From positions 1-33,041 of the IMG/VR virus record IMGVR_UViG_3300014613_000064: a stretch of DNA of 33,041 nucleotides. The stretch is one strand, 5' to 3'. The notes beneath the pieces were generated by a model. It was not told the origin of the DNA. It did no database searches and saw only the letters and a program-made list of their open reading frames with translations. The translations under genes and the position numbers were made by a program. Source of the DNA: a virus (taxonomy: Duplodnaviria; Caudoviricetes). Shown piece after piece: positions 25,710-33,041 of the stretch (positions are counted from its first letter, which is position 1; the number at the start of each line of letters is the position of its first letter).

Positions 25710-27221
25710 ATGAGTAGATATACAGGAGTATTTGATATGATTATAAGGCGTGAAGATTTTGGTAATATAAAAGAATTAAGTAATGGATCACATAAGAAAA
25801 TTTGGTTTATTTGTGAAAAGTGTGGCATAGGTATATTACAAGCATACAGGAATTATAATCAACAAAAATCCGGTAAATTCTGTAGACCCTGTAGAAATAA
25901 ACATACTGCCAATAGACCTGATGTGAAGGAAAAACAATCACAGGCATCTAAAAAGAAATGGAAGGATCCTGAACACAGGAAACATATGAGTGAAGTGTTA
26001 CAAAAAGCCTGTAAAAAAGCATGGGACCAAGATGATGGAACAAGAAGAAAAACTATCCATAATAAAATATCTTATAATGAAATAAAAGAGATTATAGAAA
26101 AGGAAGGTTTTAAATTATTAACTACTATATCAGAAAGAGGGAATGTAGGACATAACATAGAAATAGAGTGTAAAAGAGGCCATAAATTTAAAACTTCTAT
26201 GGGTAGATGGAACAGTGGTATAAGATGTAATAAGTGTCAAAAGGTTATGTTTAGTAAAATACAAAATTCTTTTAGTGAAGAAGGATATACTCTTCTTATA
26301 AATGAAGAAGATTATATTAATAATGCCATAAAAATGCCCTATATATGTCCTTTAGGACATAAACACCATATAACATGGTCAAATTGGATATTAGGACATA
26401 GATGTGGAAAATGTTCATCTCATATATCAAAAGGAGAATATGAAATACAAAACTATATCCAAAGTTTGGCCAGTGACATGATAACAAATGATAGAATAAT
26501 TATCAAACCATTAGAGTTAGATATAGTTATTCCTTCAAAAAAATTAGCAATAGAATATTGTGGTTTATTTTGGCATTCAGAACAAAAAGGTAAGGACAAA
26601 AATTATCACTTAAATAAATTTAATATGTGTAAGGAAAAAGGTTACAGACTTATAACTATATTTGAGGATGAATGGTATAAGAAAAAAAATGTTGTGAAAA
26701 ATAAATTAAAACATATATTAAACAAAGGTTCCGATGGAAAAATATATGCAAGGAAATGTAAAATATATCCCGTACAAACAACAGAGGCAAAGATATTCAT
26801 TGATAAATTTCATATCCAAGGATATATTACGTCTTCAATAAGATTAGGAGCCTACCATGAAAATAAATTGGTGGCTGTAATGACTTTTACTAAACAAGAA
26901 CAATCTGATATATGGGAATTAAATAAGTTTTCAACTTCTTGTAATATAACTGGTATAGCAGAAAAATTATTGGAATACTTTAAAAGGAATTATGAATGGA
27001 ATGAGATTTACTCTTTTGTTGATAAAAGATGGAGTAATGGAAATCTATATAGAAAAATGAGTTTTGAAGAATTAGAAGATACAGAACCAAACTGTTGGTA
27101 TTTTTACCAGAAGTCTTTTTATAAGGAATATAAACGTATTTTAGATATATTTAATCCTATGGATGATTGGTATAAGATATGGGATTGTGGTAATTATAAA
27201 TTTGTTATGAGACGTGACTAA
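25710..27221 (+). CDS. Hef-like homing endonuclease (Zn ribbons, Vsr-like nuclease, GNAT-like C-terminus)
   Basis: GSHKKIWFICEKCG, CxxGH..CxxC repeats, SKGEYEI..LELDI.IP..LAIEYCGLFWHS, IFEDEW, IYARKC, IWDCG. Confidence 0.82.
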   Translation: MSRYTGVFDMIIRREDFGNIKELSNGSHKKIWFICEKCGIGILQAYRNYNQQKSGKFCRPCRNKHTANRPDVKEKQSQASKKKWKDPEHRKHMSEVLQKACKKAWDQDDGTRRKTIHNKISYNEIKEIIEKEGFKLLTTISERGNVGHNIEIECKRGHKFKTSMGRWNSGIRCNKCQKVMFSKIQNSFSEEGYTLLINEEDYINNAIKMPYICPLGHKHHITWSNWILGHRCGKCSSHISKGEYEIQNYIQSLASDMITNDRIIIKPLELDIVIPSKKLAIEYCGLFWHSEQKGKDKNYHLNKFNMCKEKGYRLITIFEDEWYKKKNVVKNKLKHILNKGSDGKIYARKCKIYPVQTTEAKIFIDKFHIQGYITSSIRLGAYHENKLVAVMTFTKQEQSDIWELNKFSTSCNITGIAEKLLEYFKRNYEWNEIYSFVDKRWSNGNLYRKMSFEELEDTEPNCWYFYQKSFYKEYKRILDIFNPMDDWYKIWDCGNYKFVMRRD

Positions 27222-27248
27222 TAAGAAAGGGCCTTCAAAAGAAGGCCC
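27222..27248 (-). terminator. intrinsic terminator downstream of the major capsid gene (possibly bidirectional)
   Basis: gggccttc-aaaa-gaaggccc stem-loop between convergent genes; U-rich tail on the minus strand. Confidence 0.75.
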
Positions 27249-27284
27249 CCTCAATTTTTATTATACAGTATTTTTACCGGGTTG

Positions 27285-28535
27285 TTAGCTTGGTAAATTT
27301 GTAACCGTGATCTTTTGATAATAATTTGCCGCCCCAAAGATATGGCTGTGGATAGCATATCTGGACATCAGTCCAATTGATGGTTGGAATGAGTCTTCAA
27401 ATGTTGATCTTGCGGCCAATAATTGGATATAAGGCAAGTAAATAATTCCTGTATCGTACTCACTTGGCCCTTTGTATCCTAATATCATTTGATCCGTTGA
27501 TGTAAACGTATCACGATATACAGTCATTCTACCACCAAGAGATCCAAGTCTTGCAACACCCGTTACCGCTGTTGTTACATCTGATGGAACTGGAGCAATT
27601 GTGAAGTCAGCCAATGATTCAAGAACCGCTGAACAGTCAGGATCAGCAACAACAAAGTTAGCTGAACCACGTCTTGTCAATCTTGCAATTTCATTAGACT
27701 TACGGATCATAAAATGATAAAGTTCACGATATCTTTCCATTTCCCAACGACCTTTATAGGAACCCGATGCTGTATAGTTCCATGTTGAACTTGTAGCTAC
27801 ACTATCGATCCTATAAACTAATTCACGGTCAATTTCAGCCGTAATTTCGTACGCTAGAATATCCATCATTTCTTCTTCAAGGTCAAGACCGTGCATAGCT
27901 TTCAAATCTTGAGCAACTTCAAGAGACCAACGACTTCTTAACTTACGTGTTGCGGCTTCTACTTGTGCTTTTTCTACTGTCATGTTTACTTCTTTGATAT
28001 GGTTGGCTGCGGCTGTTCCGATACCAAGACCAATATCACTACCTACTGTACCAGCTGTACCTGTATTTGAACCTAAGGCTTCACCGGATGCTGTAGCCAT
28101 ACCTGTACCTGAAGGTGTAGCATTATATGTGCCGGTGCCAGAATAGAAGTTATCTATGGTATTATAACCAAGTTCTACACCAGTATCAGCAGCATAAGTT
28201 AGATTAGTTGTGCCACCAGTAAATCTTAAAGCAAATGCAAGACCAACAGGTCCTGTCATTGGTTGAACACCTACTATTTGATGGGCAAGTAATTCAGGGA
28301 AAGTTCTTCGTACCATAGGTACGGCAATCTTATCAAATACACCTGAGGTAGTATAACTACCTGTACCTGTTGTGGTTCCTAAATGGGATCCACTCCAAGA
28401 TGTTCCTGCTTCAACTAAATAATTATGCTCGTTTTCCAACATGATGGCGGTCGCTTTTTTAATACGTTCATTAGCAATTGGATTTCCTTCATCAATTACT
28501 TCGGACCACTTTTCAATAAGTTGTTTTACGTCCAT
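27285..28535 (-). CDS. gp23: major capsid protein, T4 gp23-like
   Basis: VGVQPMTGPVGLAFALR, VEAATRKLRSRWSLEVAQDLKAMHGLD, EITAEIDRE, GYKG.SEYDTG..Y.PY, SFQP.IG.MSRY. Confidence 0.97.
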   Translation of the reverse strand: MDVKQLIEKWSEVIDEGNPIANERIKKATAIMLENEHNYLVEAGTSWSGSHLGTTTGTGSYTTSGVFDKIAVPMVRRTFPELLAHQIVGVQPMTGPVGLAFALRFTGGTTNLTYAADTGVELGYNTIDNFYSGTGTYNATPSGTGMATASGEALGSNTGTAGTVGSDIGLGIGTAAANHIKEVNMTVEKAQVEAATRKLRSRWSLEVAQDLKAMHGLDLEEEMMDILAYEITAEIDRELVYRIDSVATSSTWNYTASGSYKGRWEMERYRELYHFMIRKSNEIARLTRRGSANFVVADPDCSAVLESLADFTIAPVPSDVTTAVTGVARLGSLGGRMTVYRDTFTSTDQMILGYKGPSEYDTGIIYLPYIQLLAARSTFEDSFQPSIGLMSRYAIHSHIFGAANYYQKITVTNLPS

Positions 28536-28555
28536 TGTTTTTTCTCCTCCTCTCT

Positions 28556-29329
28556 TTATATCTTGTTTTCTTTGAGTACCTTGAGATAAGTTTTTCTCAC
28601 GAACTCTTTAAAAGGATCGTCATTTTCGTTGAGATTATTTTTATCATCAACATTTACATGACCTTTTCCTTCATCTTTCTTTTTGTCCTCGTCTTCGTCC
28701 TCGTCCTCGTCTTTTTTATTATCGTCCTCATCTTCTTCATCTTTTTCAACGATGACGTTAAATTTTTTATCTATTTCTTCCTTATCAGTAATACCTTCTA
28801 AGATTGAATAGACTCTTTCTTTTTGTACTTCAGTAAGACCTTCACATTTTTCTTTAATGTAAAGTTCGGATGCCATTTCTTGTGCATCTTGCATTAATTC
28901 AAGTTCTTTGGCTGTTTTTTTATCAAGGTCACTACGGAGTGAAACGATTTCATCTTTCGCTTCTTTCAATAATCCTTTAACTTCCTCATCTAAAAGTCCT
29001 TGATCAACTGATAATCTAATTTTAAATTGTTCAATCAAATCATCATACAATTCACCCTTTCTGGCATATTCTTGAATTTTTTCAGGAATTACCATTTCTT
29101 CATCTATAACAGAGTCAAGAAAATTACTAAACTTTGAAGTAATTTCATCTTTATATTCCTCAAATTTTGTTTCATAGGTCTCAATAAGGGCTTCTTTTTC
29201 TTCTTTGAGACTATTTTGAGAAAGTTCTTTTGCTTTTACTTCTATAATTGTTTGTAATTTATCTTTTATCTTTGTTTGTGCGGCTTCATCAAGTTTACCA
29301 ACACCTAACATTTCCAAAAGTTTATCCAT
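28556..29329 (-). CDS. gp22: prohead core scaffold protein, T4 gp22-like
   Basis: Acidic coiled-coil protein between protease and capsid; EGLTEVQKERVYSILEGI motif. Confidence 0.85.
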   Translation of the reverse strand: MDKLLEMLGVGKLDEAAQTKIKDKLQTIIEVKAKELSQNSLKEEKEALIETYETKFEEYKDEITSKFSNFLDSVIDEEMVIPEKIQEYARKGELYDDLIEQFKIRLSVDQGLLDEEVKGLLKEAKDEIVSLRSDLDKKTAKELELMQDAQEMASELYIKEKCEGLTEVQKERVYSILEGITDKEEIDKKFNVIVEKDEEDEDDNKKDEDEDEDEDKKKDEGKGHVNVDDKNNLNENDDPFKEFVRKTYLKVLKENKI

Positions 29330-29360
29330 TGATTTTCCTCCTAATTATATTCTATACTAT

Positions 29361-29368
29361 TATTTATA
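29361..29368 (-). promoter_or_regulatory. T4-type late promoter TATAAATA upstream of gp22-gp23
   Basis: Exact consensus in the intergenic gap. Confidence 0.65.
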
Positions 29369-29393
29369 AAAACTACTATTGTTTTTCGTGTTT

Positions 29394-29981
29394 TTAGCCT
29401 ATGTTTTCTAATACTTGCCAAATTCTTTTTTCTAAATATTCCTTGGCCTCATCCATGGTAGGTTCTGGTTTTTTCGTTCCTGGCATTATGAATTCTTGTC
29501 CTTCCAATATACCATTGATCCAGCTCCCGGGATTTGAAGGATCTGAAACTAAATCATATGTAAGGAGCTGGAAATCTTCATTTACATACCCCTCTTCCGA
29601 CACGGTTCCCAGTCCTCTAGAAGATATACCAAGATTTCCTTCTTTCACTAAAGTTTTAGCGATGTTTCCCATAGGGGTGTCTAGTATTTTGGCTTTACCA
29701 TATAAATCGCTACCCTTCCATTGTAAATCTGTGGTTAATATTGCTACCTTATCCAAATTTATTTCAGGATTTTGAGGATGTCCTAATTCTCCGAAAAGCC
29801 TTTTATTTAAGAGTTTTTCTTCTAATTTTTTGGTTTCTCTTTCCAATATATCCTTTTTATATCTCCTTTTATTATTATTTTCAACTTCCGCGGAGCTAAA
29901 AATACCAACAATATGGTGTCCTTTAGTTTTAGATTCTGTTATTTCAAAATCATAACTTGTTTCCGTTATAAGTTTTGCCAT
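29394..29981 (-). CDS. gp21: prohead protease, T4 gp21-like
   Basis: N.N.R.Y, GELGHP, ILDTPMG, LGISSRGLG, DLVSDPS motifs. Confidence 0.96.
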   Translation of the reverse strand: MAKLITETSYDFEITESKTKGHHIVGIFSSAEVENNNKRRYKKDILERETKKLEEKLLNKRLFGELGHPQNPEINLDKVAILTTDLQWKGSDLYGKAKILDTPMGNIAKTLVKEGNLGISSRGLGTVSEEGYVNEDFQLLTYDLVSDPSNPGSWINGILEGQEFIMPGTKKPEPTMDEAKEYLEKRIWQVLENIG

Positions 29982-29982
29982 T

Positions 29983-31062
29983 TTATATCTCCTTACATTT
30001 CATATCATTATATTTACATCCATCCTTTTGATGGATTTCCTTATGACAGTCTGAACAAACCGTTATACAACCATTAACATCAGCACTTTCCAAAGGATTC
30101 CATCTAATACCTTCTATATGGTGACAGTGTAATGATTCAGTAGATTTACATTTAATACATTTCCATCCATCCCTTTCAAACACCATTTGCCTTAATTGTG
30201 GTTGGACCTCACGGTTTAATTCAAGCCATGATAGTCTTCCTGCTCTTATTGCATCTTCTTTCATTAACGTTACAGGTTTTTTGCCATAAATAGGACAATT
30301 CTGTTTACATCCATCCGAACAATAGAAACGGTTTTCTCCTTTATAATTACCTTTAATAGATTGTATTCTATGTTTTACCATGATAAGTATAGGTACAAAC
30401 CATTTTCCGCACCAGGTACATTTAATTTCCAAAACATTAGGATCTTTTTGGTTTCTCCTAACAGGTTCACACCATTCTATTTGTTGTGCATAGGTATTAT
30501 ATAATGGTATACATTTTCCTGTATACCTATTACTTTTTGCCTTACTCATTTTTCTTTTAGTTTCTTCGGAATGATTTATAGTTCCATTTTTTCTTTTACT
30601 ATCTATAACTTTTTCAACAACATCTTTGTTTTTCATACAATTATTTACGGATAATTTTTTTCTATACTCTTTAGTATTAAAAATAGATAAAGGATCTTGC
30701 CTTAATTTTTTCATACTTTTTGATATATTCAATTTATGTAAATCTGTGAGGTTTTTCTCCTTTGCTGATTTACTCATCTTTTTTCGTGTTTCGTTTGTGA
30801 CTATTCTTTTTCTAAAACTTTCAATTGTTTTTTGAGAATGTTTTTTACCATAAAATGGATTATTTTTACCTTTTTTTGAACATTTATTATCACAAAACCT
30901 GCCCTTATTGTTTATAAACATTAAAAATGGCTCTTTACAAGTTTCACATTCTTCCACATAATGATATGCGTTTGATGTTTTTCCCTTTTTTGTTATTTTA
31001 TACCACTTACCTGTCCTTTTACTATACCTAAGTCCTTCCAAATTATCCCAACAAATTTTCAT
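29983..31062 (-). CDS. MKICWDNLE-family Cys-rich HNH endonuclease with NUMOD3 repeats
   Basis: Family N-terminus; NNPFYGKKHS; RDGWKCIKC..LHCHH..CITVCSDCHKEIH. Confidence 0.88.
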   Translation of the reverse strand: MKICWDNLEGLRYSKRTGKWYKITKKGKTSNAYHYVEECETCKEPFLMFINNKGRFCDNKCSKKGKNNPFYGKKHSQKTIESFRKRIVTNETRKKMSKSAKEKNLTDLHKLNISKSMKKLRQDPLSIFNTKEYRKKLSVNNCMKNKDVVEKVIDSKRKNGTINHSEETKRKMSKAKSNRYTGKCIPLYNTYAQQIEWCEPVRRNQKDPNVLEIKCTWCGKWFVPILIMVKHRIQSIKGNYKGENRFYCSDGCKQNCPIYGKKPVTLMKEDAIRAGRLSWLELNREVQPQLRQMVFERDGWKCIKCKSTESLHCHHIEGIRWNPLESADVNGCITVCSDCHKEIHQKDGCKYNDMKCKEI

Positions 31063-31072
31063 AATATTACCT

Positions 31073-31150
31073 CCTCGATTGGTTTTTTGTTATAGGAGTA
31101 AGGTTAATTGATCGAGGCAATTAACCAAGGGAGCTACCCTCTGTCCTCCT
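31073..31150 (-). ncRNA. HNH-leader structured RNA motif, copy 5
   Basis: P1 AGGAG/CUCCU; P2 GAGGG-UAGCU-CCCUU; P3 GGUUAAUUG/CAAUUAACC; loop CCUCGAU complementary to AUCGAGG at the RBS. Confidence 0.82.
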
Positions 31151-31156
31151 TATGTT

Positions 31157-31327
31157 TTACTCCTCGTTTTTTACTGGATTTATATCATTCTGTAATTCCA
31201 GTTTATCTTTAAGCCAACCATCTCTATGCTTAGATATTTCACCTTTTAAAATATCTTTAGCATCCGTAAAGGAATCCTCTTCAAAGGAATCTAAAGCGGC
31301 TTTTATTTTTTCTTTATCTACTGGCAT
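31157..31327 (-). CDS. small protein, probable prohead core component (gp67/gp68 position)
   Basis: 56 aa, below the ORF-track cutoff: MPVDKEKIKAALDSFEEDSFTDAKDILKGEI...; AAGGAG RBS; between portal and protease. Confidence 0.65.
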   Translation of the reverse strand: MPVDKEKIKAALDSFEEDSFTDAKDILKGEISKHRDGWLKDKLELQNDINPVKNEE

Positions 31328-31346
31328 TATTTATTCTCCTTGTATA

Positions 31347-31354
31347 TATTTATA
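31347..31354 (-). promoter_or_regulatory. T4-type late promoter TATAAATA
   Basis: Exact consensus just upstream of the RBS of 31157-31327. Confidence 0.6.
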
Positions 31355-31372
31355 TTTTTTATATTAAATTCC

Positions 31373-31510
31373 TTATAATCCTGTTTTGTTTACATACCCG
31401 TTTACCTTATTGACCGCGTTTTCAAGTAGTTTTTTGTTATTTCTCCATACAAAAAACCAAACTACTGATGATACCGTTATACCCGCTACAAATGCTATAA
31501 TAATTCCCAT
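31373..31510 (-). CDS. small single-pass membrane protein
   Basis: 45 aa MGIIIAFVAGITVSSVVWFFVWRNNKK...; strong AAGGAGG RBS. Confidence 0.7.
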   Translation of the reverse strand: MGIIIAFVAGITVSSVVWFFVWRNNKKLLENAVNKVNGYVNKTGL

Positions 31511-31526
31511 GTTATTCCTCCTTTAT

Positions 31527-32306
31527 TTAAATACATTTCATATCATTATATCCACAACTTTCCTTCTGATGGATTTTTTTATGGCAATCCTTACAAACCG
31601 TTATACAACCATCCATATCGGCTGATTCTAATGGATTCCATCTAATACCTTCTAAATGATGACAGTGTAATGAATTATCAGATCCGCACTTTATACACTT
31701 ATAGTTATCACGTTCAAGTACCATTTGCCTTAATTCCGGCTGGACCTCTCTGGAGGTTCCATTTATTTCCTGATATTTATATCTTGTTTGTGTCCAATAT
31801 ATAGGACAATTTTCTTTACATCCTTCAGAACAATATAATCTACATTCACCATTCAACTGCCCTAATAAAGATTGTATTCTTCTCCTAACTTCAGATTTTT
31901 TCGGTAAAAACCATTTACCACAATAGGCACATTTAACTTCTAATAATGGATATTTATCATTAGTTTTTCTGGTTTTCTCATATAATTCTAATTGAGGTCC
32001 AAAGGTTATATACAGAGGTAAATTTTTCTTTTCAACGCCACCTTTCCAGTTAGGATTATTTGTTTTGGATTGTTTAATAGACATCTTTTTCCGTGTTTCT
32101 TTTGTATGTTTTTTACCATACATTGGATGCCTCTTACCACTTAGGGAACATGATCTACCGCAATATTTACTATATACCGATGAAAAATATGGTTCATCAC
32201 ATAACAAACAATTTTCATAATATAAGTAAGTACAGTTTCTTTTATACCATTTACCCGTTTTTCTACTGTATCTAAGTCTTTCCAAGTTATCCCAACAAAT
32301 CTTTAT
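31527..32306 (-). CDS. MKICWDNLE-family Cys-rich HNH endonuclease with ATA at the homologous start position
   Basis: ATA AAG ATT TGT TGG GAT AAC TTG at 32306, 7 nt after GGAGG; intact HNH C-terminus. Confidence 0.82.
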   Translation of the reverse strand: MKICWDNLERLRYSRKTGKWYKRNCTYLYYENCLLCDEPYFSSVYSKYCGRSCSLSGKRHPMYGKKHTKETRKKMSIKQSKTNNPNWKGGVEKKNLPLYITFGPQLELYEKTRKTNDKYPLLEVKCAYCGKWFLPKKSEVRRRIQSLLGQLNGECRLYCSEGCKENCPIYWTQTRYKYQEINGTSREVQPELRQMVLERDNYKCIKCGSDNSLHCHHLEGIRWNPLESADMDGCITVCKDCHKKIHQKESCGYNDMKCI

Positions 32307-32316
32307 AACTTTACCT

Positions 32317-32392
32317 CCTCAATTGGTTTTTGTTATAGGAGTGAGGTTAATTAATCGAGGCAATTAACCAAGGTAGCTAACCCTGTCCTCCT
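32317..32392 (-). ncRNA. HNH-leader structured RNA motif, copy 6
   Basis: P1 AGGAG/CUCCU; P2 loop region UAGCUA; P3 GGUUAAUUG/UAAUUAACC; loop CCUCGAU pairs with AUUGAGG (one G-U). Confidence 0.82.
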
Positions 32393-32399
32393 TTATATA

Positions 32400-33041
32400 T
32401 TATCCATTTTGTTCTTCTGGTTCATCCTTTGGTTCCGGTTTTTCTTCCGGTTCATCCTTTGGTTCTGGTTCTTCCTCATATCCGCTTCCACCAGATTCAC
32501 CTTCTTCGTCTGGTTTCAGTCCTAATTTTTTATCTTTTTCCATATCCTTAACATTTTCCATGATTTCTTCATCGGTCCATTTTAAGTATTTTCTCATAAG
32601 GTAATAGGTGGAAAATTCTGTTCTATCCGCTAAGGTTGAGTAATTATTAAATCTGGTCTCCAAGAAATTCTGTGACATTTGTTCTCGGTATTCTGATGGA
32701 TAGTTCATCCATATTTGAATATTTTTTTCGCTTAATCCATATAATTTTTTTAAGCCTTTTAAATCTAAGTGAATGAGAAATAATTTTAAAAGGTCTTTGG
32801 CAAATTTTCTTTGTTGACGTTCTAAAAATTTGGCCCATTTAATTTCATCTCTTGTTATTTCACTTGTTTGGCTTCCGCCAAAAGTTATATCGGCCTCTCT
32901 TTTTTCTTGGCCCGCTGTTACTCTGGATAAAGGATATTTCAATGCTCTATACATTTTTCTGGCAAAATAGTAGATATCATCCAATTCCGTGAATCCCTTT
33001 GAATCTCCACCAATTGACTCTATTTGGCTACCACGGCCATC
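32400..33041 (-). CDS. gp20: portal vertex protein, T4 gp20-like, C-terminal part (begins outside window)
   Basis: Frame open to the window edge: DGRGSQIESIGG..ELDDIYYF.RKMYRALKYP.SR, EITRDEIKWAKFLERQQ; acidic EPKDEPEE tail. Confidence 0.93.
   Translation of the reverse strand, partial: DGRGSQIESIGGDSKGFTELDDIYYFARKMYRALKYPLSRVTAGQEKREADITFGGSQTSEITRDEIKWAKFLERQQRKFAKDLLKLFLIHLDLKGLKKLYGLSEKNIQIWMNYPSEYREQMSQNFLETRFNNYSTLADRTEFSTYYLMRKYLKWTDEEIMENVKDMEKDKKLGLKPDEEGESGGSGYEEEPEPKDEPEEKPEPKDEPEEQNG

Noticed and set aside
28670-28745. (tcgtcc/tcatct)n low-complexity run
   Set aside because: Encodes the Asp/Glu-rich linker of the scaffold protein; not an independent repeat element
2178-32392. 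The repeated motif as a CRISPR/TIGR-like array or guide RNA for the HNH proteins
   Set aside because: Copies are dispersed, not arrayed. The variable 7-nt loop is fully explained by pairing to its own RBS. No Cas, IscB RuvC or Nop-domain motifs were seen. A trans role is not excluded but is unsupported.
2178-32392. The motif as a hammerhead, HDV-like, twister or pistol ribozyme
   Set aside because: No CUGANGA/GAAA core, and the helix order does not match the HDV nested double pseudoknot or, as far as I can judge, twister or pistol. A cleavage assay would settle it.
32410-32480. Short tandem duplication at the portal 3' end
   Set aside because: Encodes the acidic EPKDEPEE tail, a commonly variable region
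257-32838. Many short ORFs in the track that overlap longer genes (e.g. 4705-5241, 13673-14101, 21825-22124, 29401-29775)
   Set aside because: Antisense or alternate-frame shadows of well-supported genes, with no RBS or recognisable motifs
1-33041. tRNA, rRNA, integrase or transposase genes
   Set aside because: None recognised; intergenic gaps are short and accounted for

Overview
AT-rich segment of a large T4-like (myovirus-type) phage genome. It holds the late morphogenesis module, almost all on the minus strand: portal gp20 (partial), small core protein, prohead protease gp21, scaffold gp22, major capsid gp23, small terminase gp16, large terminase gp17, neck gp13/gp14, tail terminator gp15, gp3, and a partial tail-fibre-like gene. 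About 13 homing-endonuclease-type genes or domains (HNH/NUMOD3, Cys-rich C-terminal HNH, Vsr-like, Hef-like, intein LAGLIDADG) plus several relics are interleaved. Three things stand out. (1) A ~75-nt structured RNA that I do not recognise occurs six times, always between a gene's stop codon and an HNH gene. It is a three-way junction with a palindromic loop and a 7-nt loop that co-varies with, and pairs to, the HNH gene's own ribosome-binding region. (2) The large terminase is broken into three ORFs that would be rejoined by two different atypically split inteins, with a free-standing endonuclease in each gap. (3) A complete PrkA/YeaG (with intein)-YeaH/YhbH-SpoVR/YcgB cluster sits between gp16 and gp17. 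All calls come from motif reading by eye; no database search was run.
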